A stretch of 64,000 nt of DNA from Rebecca billardiae RCC1528 (GCA_965240325.2 OZ251234.1:248001-312000), one strand, 5' to 3'. Shown: positions 1 through 29,043, counted from the stretch's first letter. Translations and numbers: made by a program. Notes: generated from the letters alone by a model not told the origin.

Positions 1-406
1 CCCGCTACTTCAGGAATTAGGAGCCGCCATCCGACGGACTCTCAATGATGTCCGCATCGTCAGTCACCTCAGGAGTCAGGTGAGCGCGACGACTGCGAAG
101 TGTGAGACGCGAGTGGCGTCGCACGACGATCCATGATGAATGAAGAATGATGGCGATATCGCGATGCACGCATGATCTGTCGGCCGCCATGACCGCGGCG
201 CAGCTGCCGCAGCGTCATCGGTAGTCCGACGGGGTCCGGGCACCGGCCGCACTGACACACCGTGGTAGATGCGCGCCGGGCGCCGCTAGCCCGTGCCGGC
301 CACCCAGGGCCAGTAGGGAGAGGGGAGGGCGAAGGTTGCGCCGCGAGTGGATGAGTACAGTGCGCGCAGCCGCCAGCCTCCAAGTCAGGCCTCAGCCCCT
401 AGTCAG

Positions 407-2907
407 TCAGTCGAGTGCGAGGAGCCCTTCCATCTGCTGCCCACCCGCCTCCTCCGCCTCCGCCGCCTCCGCCTCCGCCGCCTCCGCCTCGTCCGACGTG
501 TCGAGGGAGCTGTCGTACTCGCCCTCGGCGCCGCTGCTGCTGCCGGCCTCCGAGCGCCGCGCGTCCGCGAGCTGCTCCGCATCGGCGTCGGCGCGCGGCA
601 GCGCGAGGGGCCGCGGGCGGACGTCCTGCGGACGCGCCGCGCGGCCGACCGGCGGAGGCGGCGGCGCGGCGGGCTCGAAGCCAAAGGCGGCGGGCGGCTC
701 GGCGAGCGCGTCGTCGGCATGGGCCCCGGCGTCCTGCGCGGCGGACGACGCGGCGCGCGCGTCGAGCGGCAGCGCCGGCGCCTCGCGCGCCGCGGCCACC
801 CGCAGCGCGCCGCCCTCGCCGAGCGCTATGCACGACGTGACTAAACCGAACCTTCCGACTTGGTTCTCGTTGCGGGCGCGGCGCGAGCGGTCGGTGACGA
901 ACTTGTAGCCGACCTCCTTGCCGCACGCGCAGTGGACGTGCGCCATCTCGAAGAGGCCCTGCGCAAGGTGCTCCTCGTACGGCGCGGACACGACCACCTG
1001 CGCGCCCACCACCGAGTTGACGTAGCAAGCAGGCTCGGGCGGCGCGCCGCCTGTGAGAGCGAGCGTCCGAGCAGGCGCGCGCGCGCGCGCGCGCGGGGGC
1101 GGGCGGGCGGGTGGCGTGGGGAGGGCGGCAAGGGCGCGTGAGCGAGCGGCGGGCGCACACCCCACCCCGCGCGGCGCGCCCCGCGCCCCTTTGCGCGCGC
1201 GTGGCCGCGCACCGAAGCCCCAGCGCCGCTTGGTGCACAGCAGCTGGTCGGCGTAGCACAGCGGGCTGCCGCAGCCCGCGCAGCACAGCGGGGCGCCCGC
1301 GCACAGCGGCTCCAGCTGGGAGCGGGGCGAGGGGGAAGGGGGCGGGTCAGCGGCGCGGTGCTGACGACCGCGGTGCTGCCGCGCGGCGTGCGGCGCGTGC
1401 GCGCGCGCCCGCACCGTTGTCGAGTGCGTGCGCGCGCCCAGCAGCCGAGTGTAGCGCAGGCCAAGGAACGTCTGCTGCACGCGGACGGTGACGGCGGCGT
1501 GCTCGGCGAGGATGCGCGAGACGGAGGGCGTGACAGGCGCGGCGGGCGGCGGCGCCGGCGCGGCGGGCGGCTCGGCCGCCGCGGCCTCTGCGTCTGCGGC
1601 CGCGCCGGCCGCGCGCGCGCCCGCTGGCGCGAGCGCGCCCGCGCCGTCGGCGCCCGCGCCCGCGGCGCCGTCGGCGCGCGCGGGCGAGCGCGCCGGGGCG
1701 GGCGGCGGCGGCTGCGGCGGCGGCGAGCGGGGCGAGCGGCGCGGGAAGCAGCGGCGCGACGACGCCGAGTCGTCCTCCGCGCTCGACGACGAGAAGGACG
1801 ACGAGGCGCCGGGCGTGAGCGAGTGGCGCGAGCTGCCGCCGCCGCCGCCGGCCGAGCCGCCGCCGCTCGGCGTCTGCGGCGGCGGCGACGCGCCGCGCGG
1901 GGTGGGCGGCGCGGAGGCCGAGGCGCCGGCGGCGTGCGCGGGCTGCTGCCGCGGCTGCTCGGACTGCGACGCGCTCGCCGCGCGCCGCCGCGGCGGCGCG
2001 ATCGGCGCGGGCTGCGCGTGCACGAACGGCGCGCTTGGGCGCGTGATGAGTACGCCGCGACAGTTGACCATCAGCCGAGAGAGGATGGCGCACAGCCGCG
2101 CGTCGGCGGCGGGGTGCGAGCTCACGATGCGGTGGGCGCTGAGCACGCGCACGCCTGCGCGGCGGGGCCGGACGGCGGCCGCGCGGCGCGCGCGGCGCGC
2201 TCAGACGGCGCGGCGCGCGCGGCGTGCGCTCGCGGCGCGGCGCGGCGCGGCGCGCGGCGCGCGCGCGCACCGACGAAGACGCTGCACTGGGGGCAGCACA
2301 CGCTGCACACGACGTAGAGCCACTGGCTCGTCTCGTCGTCGTGCGCGGGCACGAGCCGCTCCTCGCCCAGCCGCACGCCGCACGACGAGTGCGTGGCCAG
2401 CGTGCTCTCGCAGTCCTCCAGCGACACCTGCGCGGCGACCGCGGCGTGCGGCAGCGTGTCGTTGAGGCGGCAGAGCGGGTAGGCGCACGCGGCGCAGCCG
2501 ACGATGCGCGTCGACGAGCGCCGGGCGAGCTGCAGCGGCGTCGACGCCGCGTCGAGCGCGCGCACGCCCACCGCGTGCCGCGAGCTCACCGGCAGCCGAG
2601 CGTGGCCGCCCGCCGGCGCGCGGCACGCGCCGGCGTGGCCGGGGCCGTGGGACGGGCCGCGCGAGCGGAGCGCGTCGACGGCTTTCTCGTACGTGCGCCG
2701 GCGCTGCCGGTCGTGCTCCTGCATCAGCCGCGTCATCTCGGCGGGCGCGCACGCGGCCGTGCGCGCGCCGCGCTCGCGCGGCGGCGGCGGCGGCTGCGCC
2801 TCGCGCTCCTCGGGCGCGGGGACGTGCGGCGCGTCGTCGGCGGCGGAGGTGAAGCGGCGGAGGCCCTCGCGCAGCCGCAGGATCGGCGTCTGGATGATCG
2901 TCAGCAT
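407..2907 (-). CDS. Yippee/Mis18-like zinc-binding protein with two Yippee-type domains; exons 2907-2271, 2154-1415, 1315-1213, 1050-407
   Basis: Three GT..CAG introns join in frame. C-terminal domain LCCAGCGSPLC...EMAHVHCACGKEVGYKF...NQVGRFGL resembles the Yippee pattern (CxxC...CxC..lGwKY...eGkf). N-terminal domain has CAAC...VCCPQCSVFVGVRV. Confidence 0.75.
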
Positions 2908-3723
2908 CCCGGCACCGCGCGGGCGCGCTCGCCCGTCGGGCGGAGCGGGTGGCCGGAGGTGAAGAGCGCAAGAACCGACCGCCCTGACAATTTCGTGCGC
3001 GGAGTGTGGCCGTCACGCTTCGGGACCAAACTCTGGCCCAACCGGCGCGGCCGCCGGCCAACCGTGTGCTGAGCTCCACAGGCCTTCGGCCTTCGCGCGC
3101 GCTGATTGGCCGGGCGAGTGGACGGAATGCACGCCGGAGTCCGGAAGGAAGTCGTCCGTCCGGAAGGAGCACCGGAACGGCCGGAACCCGCGCTGGGCCC
3201 CGGATCGGGGGTGACCAGTAGCCTCGGCCGCAGAGCGAGCTATCCCCTTGGCAAGCTCGACGACGCAGGCGAGCAAGCCCAAGCAAAAGCGCCGCAAGGG
3301 AGGCAAGCGACCACTGAGGCGCGCGCGCGGGCTGGCCGCACGCAAACGGACCGGGTGTGCGCATGCACGCGCGAGCTGAGCCGGCATGCGCGCGTGGCAC
3401 GTGCGTGTCGCGCCCCGTGCGCCGCCTCGACGCGGCGAGCGCGCGTGGACGCGCGCGACGGCCGCATCTGGCCGCGTGCCCGCGCGTGGGCGCGCGCTGC
3501 TCCGCGCCGCATGGCGCGCGATGGAGTGCGCCCAGCAGCTCCACGCCCGGACGGCGCGGCGAGCGCGCGCCGCGCGCGCGCGCACGCCCTGCTGACACGC
3601 TGCCGTCCCCCGCGCCCGCGCGCGCCCCGGCACACCGCCCGCCCCTCCTCCCGCGCGCGCCGCGCCGCGTCCGCGCGCGCACCCCGCGCCGCTGCGCCCG
3701 GCTCCGCGCCGCAGGCGCGCGCG

Positions 3724-20240
<16,517 letters not shown>

Positions 20241-20256
20241 CGACGACGACGGAGTA

Positions 20257-21651
20257 GCGTCTTAACCCCTATTGTGGAACGGACCCCTATTGTGGAACGG
20301 CGCCAGTTTTTTCCTATGTAGAGCTCGGATGTCGCGGAGGCGATGAGATCGGCGGCTACCGCCGTGTGCGCCTGGCCAAGGCGCGTCCAATGAGCCCAAG
20401 AACGTCGTCATAGCCCCGCCCCAGCGCCGTCCGCAGCCGATCGTTTGCTGGAGTCAGAGCTGAGAATCTGGTGTGAAAAAATGGTTTTCGGCTTCTGTAG
20501 GCCGAAGCTTCGGCCGGGAGGGCGCGCACGGTATTTTTGGGAGCTCCCCAAAAGCAGCCCGGGCAGGGAATCAAGCCGGCTTGCCGCTGCCGCACTCGTG
20601 GATGGAGCGCGAGTGACACGAATTGGGTCAGGTCAGCATGGCTGATTCCTGGTTTGGAGGGTCGAGGACGCCCCGCCGCGGCGGGGGGCGGTGCGGCGGC
20701 GCGAGCTGACTGGTGGCGATGACGAACGCGTAGCCGAAGGTGCCGGACCGTCAGGCGACGCCCAACCCCGCAAAGCAGCTTCATCGCCTGCCGACCGCGC
20801 GAGAGCCGCGCCGCACGAAGCGGCTGGGCGCGAGTGGACTACGACCCGCCGGATGCAGCCATCAGGGACTGTGTGTAGAGTGGGGAGCTGCGTGAGGGCA
20901 CAGCTGTCGCCGACTTCGGCTCATACGCCGTGACAACGGGCCACGCTCTGTCGGATGGTGAAGGACCCGACCAGCCCGTCGAGGCCGCTGGGGCTGAAGC
21001 CGCGGCTGAGCGGCTGTGACGGTCGAGCAGATGCACACCAACTGGGTCGCGGAGATAGCGCTACTCGGCTTCGCGCCGACCACGCGGCAGGTCTGCATCG
21101 ATGCGGCGCTTCTCTTCCTGCGTAGCGGCGCGCCCTTCTCGACGCTCTCCAGCGTGCCCTGGAAGCGGTGGTGTCGGCGGCGGCTCAGGCGCCACGCGAA
21201 GGCGCGCGAGCGTCGATGACGGACACGCTCGTCGACCGCATCACTCATTGTGGAGAGGGTTCGCGCGGGCAAGACGTGCCCCCCGGCGGCTGCGGGGTCG
21301 AGGGCGGGTGCCCACACCACCAGCGCGCCGGCGAGCGCCAGTGGGCCGACTGCGAACGCTCAGGAGCCAGCAGTGGCACCGTCCTGAGCGAGGAACCAAA
21401 ATCGTTATATTCCACAATAGCAGGGGTCAGTCGACCCGTCGACGCACCCCGCGGGCGCGCACGCGCGCGCGCGCGCGCGCGCGGGCGAGTTCCGAGCTCC
21501 GCACCCTCAGAGGTGTATGGTCCCTTCGGTAGGACCCATGGCCAGTACCTGACACCTTAAGATCGCTCGCCGAGCCGCACTACCTCGCCCTAGGGGCGGA
21601 AAACCCGAAATAATAACTCGTTCCTATCCACAATATTAGAGGTTAAGACGT
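20257..21651. mobile_element. Non-autonomous TIR DNA element (piggyBac-like TTAA-CC ends or TA-flanked)
   Basis: Left end TA-GCGTCTTAACCCCTATTGTGGAAC versus reverse complement of right end TA-ACGTCTTAACCTCTAATATTGTGGATAGGAAC. The subterminal motif ACCCCTATTGTGGAACGG is duplicated at 20265 and 20283, with an inverted copy at 21409-21428. No transposase ORF recognised. Confidence 0.7.
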
Positions 21652-21799
21652 TATATGGAATAATTAATATATATATATATCGTCGTAGTCATCAATCTAA
21701 TAATATAAATGCATTGACGCGCGACCGTCGATATGTGCCCACTTACGCGCCCGCGGCCGTCGTAGTCAATATTCAATATAATAATATCGTCAGCAGCAT

Positions 21800-21912
21800 A
21801 TATATTATCATTATCATATATATATCAGTATATCAGCAGCATCATTATCATCATATTATCTATCGTCATCGCATAATCATTATTATCATCATTATCATCA
21901 TCATCATCATCG

Positions 21913-21950
<38 letters not shown>

Positions 21951-22026
21951 TAATATCATCATTATCATATAGCTAGTTATATAATTATCATCATCATCAT
22001 TATCATCATTATATTTATATATATGT
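21800..22026. repeat. (ATC)n/AT-rich microsatellite region
   Basis: Long CATCAT/ATTATC tract followed by TA repeats. Confidence 0.9.
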
Positions 22027-22027
22027 A

Positions 22028-22330
22028 TGTCTAGCCGTCCTCGTGAACGCCGACGCCAACTGCTGGCCGAAGGTGGGCACGCCGCCTGGCATGTCGATGC
22101 CGAGGCGGCTGCGTGTGTTCCTACTCAGTGGGATTTACGTGTCCTCATGCCTTGGCGAGCGGCAGCAGATGCGGTGGGCATGCCGCTCGCCGTCGACGAT
22201 ACGCGGTGCGTGAGTGATGGTCTGGTAGAGGGCGATGTGGCTGATGAGCGGCGCTGGCGCCCGGCGTTCTACTTGTCGTCGTCCTCTTAGACAATCCGTT
22301 ATTGTACCAATAACCCAACATATACCATCA
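22028..22330 (+). mobile_element. Internally shortened copy of the TGTCTA...TAGACA plus hairpin repeat
   Basis: Near-identical to 30922-31085 and 31285-31389; ~200 bp of the longer copy is replaced by ~25 bp here. Confidence 0.8.
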
Positions 22331-22830
22331 TTATCATCATTAGTATCAGTATATGCGTGCTGGGCGGCGGCGCGCGGCGGATGATCGTCGTCGCATATGA
22401 TGCTGACAGGCCTGACAGCTGACGACCGGCCGGATATACGACATCAACGCGTGATGCTGATGATGATGATATATATATGCTGAATAATCTGATTAGCAGA
22501 TATACGCGACACCGCCGGACGACATCGTCACGATCGACGACTCGCATATGACGATACAGAGCGCAGTCGCGCGGCGGAGCGAGAGCATATGCAGCGCGAT
22601 ACTACGCGGTATAGCTACGTCGTAGTGACGCGCGCGACACTGACTCGGACTGCTGAGTAAGTGACTCTGCAGTCTATGCTGCCTGCTGCACTAGCTGCGG
22701 CGCGCTGCCACGTGAGTGCCCGCGGCGTGGCCGCGCGTGGCGCATCTCCGCCTGACGAATGACGATATATATATGATGAAGCGCATCGCATCGCGTCATC
22801 ATCGATACCGTATCATCATGATCACTACGC

Positions 22831-25546
22831 TCATCGGTCGAGCAGCGACTCGCCTGATGGCCCCTCCGCCCCGCCGCTCATCTGGGCGAGCGCGAGCCGC
22901 TGGTCGGACGACAGCCGCCCGCCGATCTGCTGCCACCACTGATCAAAATAAAGATCCTCATCATCCGGCACACCGTCGCGTGGCCAAGGGCCGGTGGGCG
23001 CAGGACGCGGAGGGCGCGGCGAGCCATGGCCGTGCTGCGGCGCTGCCGACTCGCCTGGCTGCCGCCCCCGCGGCAGCTGACAGCGAGTAGCAGTCGCAGC
23101 GCACGCTTGGAGCGCAGCTGTCGGTGGCGCCGACGCACGCCCGGTCCAATGCGCGTGTGCACGCGCCTGCTGCAGCGCTTGGAGTGTGCTTGCCGGCAGA
23201 TGGCGGTTTGATCCCCACTCGCCCTGATGCCCGCAACTGCCACCGCAGCCCTTCGTGCTGCAGCGCGCGCCGTCCGGCTCGCCGTCATCGTCGCCCGCCT
23301 CGGCGAGCGCACCCGTCGGCGCTGCGCGGGAAAGCAGCGCGTTCAACCCATTGCTCGGCAGCGCTTGGGACAGGCCCGCGCTTTCGTTGGCGTACTGGAG
23401 CAGATCGAGCTGCAGGCTGCCCGAGAGCATGTAGGGCTGATGCAGGTTCTGCTGGCTGGCCGCCGCTCCCGCCTCTGCGCTGGCGCGGCACGCAGCGCCG
23501 CTGCCGCCGAAGCTCGCGATCGCCTCCGCCATCGCCCCCCCCTGCTGCTGCAGCGCAGCGCTCACGAGGTCGTCAAAACTGCCGCGCGATCCGCTGACGC
23601 CGCAGCCGTGGAACGCATGCTGCCCGTGTGCGGCCTGCACGCCGACCGGATGCGCGTTGGCCCAGCAGCCCGACCCGACGACGCCGGTCGCCGAGTCGAC
23701 AGCAGCAGCACACGCGCCATCCGCGTGCAGCCACGCCGATGCAAGCAGCTGCTGCTGCACCGGCTGCTGCGCCGGCTGCTGCTGTGCCCGCACGCCACGC
23801 TGCGCCCACTCAGACGCGCCTGGTGGCAGCTCTCCCGCGCACGTGCGCCTGGAGCTGGCCGGCTGGTCGCCGGGCGCCGAGAGCAGCCGCAGCTGATGCG
23901 CGGGCAGCCCCATCAGCAGCTGGGTGTTGCTGTGTGGCGGCTCTGCGCCCGTCGGCAAGGCGAACAGCGCCGCCGCCTGTTGCTGCTGCAGCCCGCCCGC
24001 TGCGCCCACACGAGATGAGCCCACTGGGAGGCACGAGCTGCTGGCGGCATCCACCATCTGCCGCGTGCTCGCTCCCGTGCCGCACGCGCGTGCGCTGTCG
24101 ATTGGCGCGACGATTGGCACATGGAGCGGTGCGCACTGCGAGCTGACGAATGCACCTCCCATCGGTGTGAAGCCAGGTGGTATCGTCATCACGCCGGCCA
24201 GCGCGCTCCCCGTCGCGGGCGAGACGTGCGTCTGGGCCGACGCATTTGTACCGCGCGATGCGCAGACCTGCCCGCCGTGCGTGAGCGCGCGCGAGTAGTT
24301 GCTGATGTCGATGGGCACTGCGGCGCTGCTCACCAGGTGCGCGTTCTGAACGACCGCCCCGCGGGCGATGCTGTTCCGACCGCTGACTGCCTCGAGGCCC
24401 ACGGAGGGCAGCAGGCGGGCAGGAAAGTCCGTGTTGCCTGCAGGCCAGAAGGGAGCGGCGCAGACCGAAGATGACGGTATTGGCTGCGCGAGCGCGACCG
24501 GCCCGTCCGCCTGGGCGAGCGTCTCGACTGCGCCGTCCGGTGAGCGCGTGCGGGTGCGCGTGAGCGAATGATACCGATTCTTGATCGAGTGCCCAGAGCG
24601 CCCCGGCATCAACAGCTTGCGCATGCGCGACCACCTCTGTGGGTAGGGGAGTGGGGCAGCGCGTGCGTCGCGCGGCGCGCTCAGAGGACAGCAGGCAGCA
24701 ATGCCGCCGCGTCCGAGACGCAGCGCTCAGCCGCGGCGGGCGCAGGAACGCTGCAGTCATCAATCACATGCCGTGACGCGCACGCACGCACCTGGCCCCA
24801 GTCCTGCACCCCTTGCAAGATCAGCTCGTCCTCCTCGGGCGTCCACTCGCCCTTCTTGACCGCTGGGCCAAGGTGGCTCATCCAGCGCTCACGGCACTGC
24901 CAGTCCTTGCGACCCCCTGGACACGCAAGGTTGGGGCAGGGGAGCAGGAGCGATGAGCCGTAGTTGCAGTCATCATAGGAACGAATGTGCACGCATAGAA
25001 GAAGAGAGTGACGAGTGCCAGGCCGCGCGCTCCCCTGCCTGCCGTGCGCCACCGCGCCGCGCCGCGCCGCGCCGCGCGGACGTACCCATGTGCTCGGCGA
25101 TCGAAGTCCACTGCTTTGCGCCGAGTCGCTCGACTAGCTGTGCACCCAGGGTGCACCGACAGCACGGGGCATTGGTGGCGCGGGAACGGCGGCGGCGCGT
25201 GAGCTGCGTGACGCACGACATCATCACCGCGCGCTCGCATGCCATCGGGTGGGGCAGTGCAGCAAGCATCCACGCGCCCTCGGGCCACAGTGAGTCACGC
25301 ACCGCGTGAGCGCAGGTGATCCACGCGGCGGGCGCTGCTGCTCAGGCGCACCTCTCTCAAGTTGCTGTCCTCGTCCGCCGACCAGGTCCGTCGCGTCGAC
25401 CATCCTGTGCTGCCGTGGCGGCCGTGGTTGTCGTCCACGCCGTCATCCATAGCCAAGAGCCGACCATCTGCCTCGCCGTGCGCGTTCCGCTCCATCTCGT
25501 CAGGCATGCTGGCGCCTCTCTCCGCAGTTTCCGGCGACGGCGACAT
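22831..25546 (-). CDS. Two-repeat (R2R3-type) MYB transcription factor; exons 25546-25352, 25137-25086, 24916-24792, 24636-22831
   Basis: Spliced product reads WSADEDSNLRE/LVERLGAKQWTSIAEHMG/GRKDWQCRERWMSHLGPAVKKGEWTPEEDELILQGVQDWGQ/RWSRMRKLLMPGRSGHSIKNRYHSL, followed by a long low-complexity tail. Confidence 0.92.
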
Positions 25547-25812
25547 CGTGAGCGAACCAGGCCAAGCTGGCAGAGTGATGCGGCGGCGGGTTGTGGCGTG
25601 TCCGCCCGGCGCCAAGTTGCGAAGTTCTTCAAGACTCCACTCGCCTTCGGGTTACTTCAGACGATGCTGAGTAATTAGTAGTAATAAATTCCCCGTTATA
25701 ATGGGCTCCGGGTGATCAGGCTGGCGGCCGAAGCCTCTAGCCAGCCCTACCCTGGCCAGCCCCCATGAATTCGTTCGACGGCCGACGGAGGGTGCAGTAC
25801 CGGAGTACCCAC

Positions 25813-25949
25813 GACGTACTCGCACCCGTACGTAGTACTTTGTGAAATCCCCTTAACGGGCTCCGGGGTGATACCGTGATCGACGTACTCGCACCCGTAC
25901 GTAGTACTTTGTGAAATCCCCATAACGGGCTCCGGGGTGATACCGTGAT
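25813..25949. repeat. 69-bp tandem repeat, two copies plus a partial copy at ~25686-25718
   Basis: GACGTACTCGCACCCGTACGTAGTACTTTGTGAAATCCCC(T/A)TAACGGGCTCCGGGGTGATACCGTGAT at 25813 and 25882. Confidence 0.9.
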
Positions 25950-26075
25950 GATAGCATCTCCAACCATAATTTACCCGTGTCCATTTTAGGCACCCTTTTT
26001 CTGAGCTCGCGACGACCTGCTGATGAATATATTGATGTCTGCTGCGCTGATGACGATGATGACCACAATTATATA

Positions 26076-28751
26076 CACAGTGCGCTAACCGCCACCGAAA
26101 GTTGAATTGGCAGAATCGGCCGATTCCGCGATCAGGGACGTTTTCGCGGCGGCCGGCCGCCATCGCTGGCGCAGCCATCCGCGCGCGAACACGCGCGCGC
26201 AGCGACGCCAGCCGCATGGCGTGCGCCAAGACGGGGGGCGGCTGAGTTCTGCATCACCTACGCTCGTTCGGGCTCGCGGGTCATGCCTCCCATTGCGGCC
26301 GCCTCCGTCCGCCTTTGACCAGAGTGCGCGTGCAGGTGCGCCAGCAGTTTGCGACATCGCCTCCCGCGCGCCGCGCCACACCGCGGCTGACAGGGGGGTC
26401 TAGGAGGGAATCGCAGAAAGTTACGTGGCTGAAATTGTTCGGTGTACACGCATCATCAAAGGTAGCACAGCTGCGTTTCGCCGTTGACGAGCTGCACCCC
26501 CCCTCAATTCGCGGGCTCCCCGCTGTCGCCTCGCGAGCAGGAACATCTGAAATCCGCACGCGAACATGCGCGCGCAGAGACGCCAGCCGCATGGCGTGCG
26601 CCAAGACGGGGGGCGGCTGAGTTCTGCATCACTCACGCTCGTTCGGGCTCGCGGGTCATGCCTCCCATCGCGGCCGCCTCCGTCCGCCTCTGACCGGAGT
26701 GCGCGTGCCGGGCGCTCGGCAGCCTGCGCGCGCACCTCGCGCGCGCCGCGCCACACGGCGGCTCACAGCGGGGTCTAGGAGGGCATCGCAGAAAGTTACG
26801 TGGCTGAAATTGTTCGGTGTACACGCATGGCCAAGTGCATCACAGCTGCGTTCCACTGTTCACGAGCTGCAACCCCTTGCATTCGCGGGCGCGCCGCGGC
26901 CGCGCTCGCGCAGGCGCATGGGATCCACGTGTTGGCTCGATCATCGGGATCAAGCGGGCTGCGCAGGCAGTGGGCTGGCGTACGAGATCACTACACGCGC
27001 AGTGTCAGAATACGCTGCATCAGGTGTGCCCCGTCGGCTGTGCTGCTGAGCATACGGCACACGACGCGCACTCGAGCAGTCTGGCTGGCGATGAGCCCGA
27101 GCATCCCAGCTGGCGTGCGAGTGGCTTACTGGGCGCAGCTGATGCACGAGCACCCTGCGTTGCGCATCAAAGGTGTCAAGAGCACGCGTTCTCGCCATCC
27201 AGTCGTATCTTTCGGCCTCCATGCGCTCACGGCCAAGGAGATGATCTGCGCGCGTACGCGCGCGCTGCCGATTCCCGAGGAGTGCATGAGGGGGTCGGGT
27301 TGCCGCCACAGGGGCACCTGAGCTTGACTTGAGGGCTGGGTGGAGCAGGCGACGAAAGACGCACGACGAGTGGCTGACGTGATGTGTCTGGGGTCTCCTC
27401 GTGGCGCGCTTGCACGTTTTCGGCGCATCACCATCACTGTGCTGACTTCGCGGCCGACGTCGCCTGCTGGCTGCGGCGCCCCGACCGCGCCCGTGACCAG
27501 TGTGCTGACCCGCTCCGACCGCACCGTGTCCGCGTAGGCGCAGCTGAGACTCGCAGCAGAGTCGTAGCGGCCTATGGCTATAGCCCGGTCGTAGCTTGAT
27601 ATGCGCGCGTAAAGGATGAGGAGTAGACGTCGTATCAAGCGACCTGCTCGCCTGCTGCTAATATAAAATATATACGCGTGATGATCGGCGCGGCTCTGAC
27701 GGACCGAATGGATTCCAGCGTGCCCGCGCGGCGAAGGCACCGGCCACGGACCACGGCCACTCAGCTCGTCGCGTCGTGTCGGCGGACGGCTGGCTGGCGG
27801 ATGAGTCGGCAGGCTTGGGGAGCCCGCGAGCGCGGCACGCCACGCTGTTTGCATGCTGTAGTTGCGCATCGCCTCTTCGTAGACGCGCGCCTCACTCTCA
27901 GCTGAGCTCGGGCCGTCGGGTGCGACGACGGCTGGCGGGAGCCGCTGACCGTGTCCGTGACATCATGACGACCGACCGCGAACTCCGACCTAGCTGACGG
28001 CAGCACTTGCGAGCAGCGCAGCACGGCGGGGCGCGTTGCGGCCTGCGGCGCGGCGTGGCGGTGGGCCCGCGTGACACGCTGCCAGCGTCACGGACAAGCG
28101 CTACCCCGCCCCGTCTCTGCAGCGCCGCGCTCACACTTGTGACCACGACCTGCACAACACGGGCCGTGGTCAGAAAGCCGTCGCGCGCGCGTTCATTTAC
28201 GCGGCAACTTGGTGCTGAGCGCCAGCCGAGAGGTAGTGGCGACGACGACAGCCACTCCAGGTCGATGTGCACCTGCGTCTGTGCCCGGGTGCCGCTGGGA
28301 TGCGATTGAGGATGAGAGCTTGCGGCAGCATGCCCTGACATGAGCAGCGGTCAGTTTGGAGAGCGTGAGTCGTGCCAGCACGCCAGAGCAGACGTGCACG
28401 TTTCGAGCAGCCGAGCTGTACCATGAAAGTCAGCAATCTAGCGCGCATGCCGCGCACCCGAAAGAGCTGACCATCTCCGCATGCTCAGAGCAGCCGGCGG
28501 CGCGCTCGCAGAGTCGCTTCGGAGTCGCTTTGCGGCCGTCTCGGCGCGTGTCATGTGGAGCTGCTCTCGAGGCGAAGAAGGAGGAAGGCGTTGATCAGCG
28601 CCGCTGAAGACTAGGACTAGGCTCTCTCGCGAGGTCCGCCGCGCGGTCTACGCCGCCGATCACGGCCTCTTGAGGACGGTCGGCCAGCGCGCGCGTCGGC
28701 AGCCATCGTGACGCCTCTCATTCAACTTTCGGCCCGTGTTAGCGCACTGTG
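26076..28751. mobile_element. 2.68-kb non-autonomous TIR transposon with CACAGTG termini (CMC/Transib-like)
   Basis: Left CACAGTGCGCTAAC-CGCCA-CCGAAAGTTGAAT; reverse complement of right CACAGTGCGCTAAC-ACGGG-CCGAAAGTTGAAT; TA on both flanks; no intact transposase seen. Confidence 0.85.
26184..26890. repeat. Diverged 375-bp tandem duplication inside the CACAGTG element
   Basis: GACGCCAGCCGCATGGCGTGCGCCAAGACGGGGGGCGGCTGAG...GAAATTGTTCGGTGTACACGCAT repeats at a 375-bp offset; twin ORFs 26258-26449 and 26633-26824. Confidence 0.9.
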
Positions 28752-28956
28752 TATTGACGACGCGACGATTATTCACTCGACGATTGTCTCGTCGCGTCAT
28801 CCAATGTGCATGGGTTAAGTTTTGCCCTTATTATCTGCCCATATTATCATCACTACCGCGTCAGCATCATCTAGGCTGTCCGACTCTACACTAGCTCATC
28901 AAGCGCCAGATATATGATGACGATGATGATGGCGCGGTATCTCTGCAGAGCGCCTG

Positions 28957-28959
<3 letters not shown>

Positions 28960-29040
<81 letters not shown>
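28960..29040. repeat. (TA)n microsatellite, ~40 units
   Basis: Directly visible; abuts the left TIR of the next element. Confidence 0.97.

Positions 29041-29043
<3 letters not shown>

Noticed and set aside
1-400. Short ORFs at the window start
   Set aside because: No recognisable motif or splice support; probably 3' UTR or intergenic.
3106-3723. N-terminal extension of the 2036-aa ORF upstream of ATG 3724
   Set aside because: Begins at a non-ATG codon and translates as intron/UTR-like low complexity; an extra upstream exon cannot be excluded.
25813-25949. CRISPR-like array
   Set aside because: Contiguous tandem units with no unique spacers, no cas genes, eukaryotic context.
26800-28610. 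Transposase ORF inside the CACAGTG element
   Set aside because: Only short ORFs with no DDE, RAG1 or zinc-finger motifs that I could recognise.
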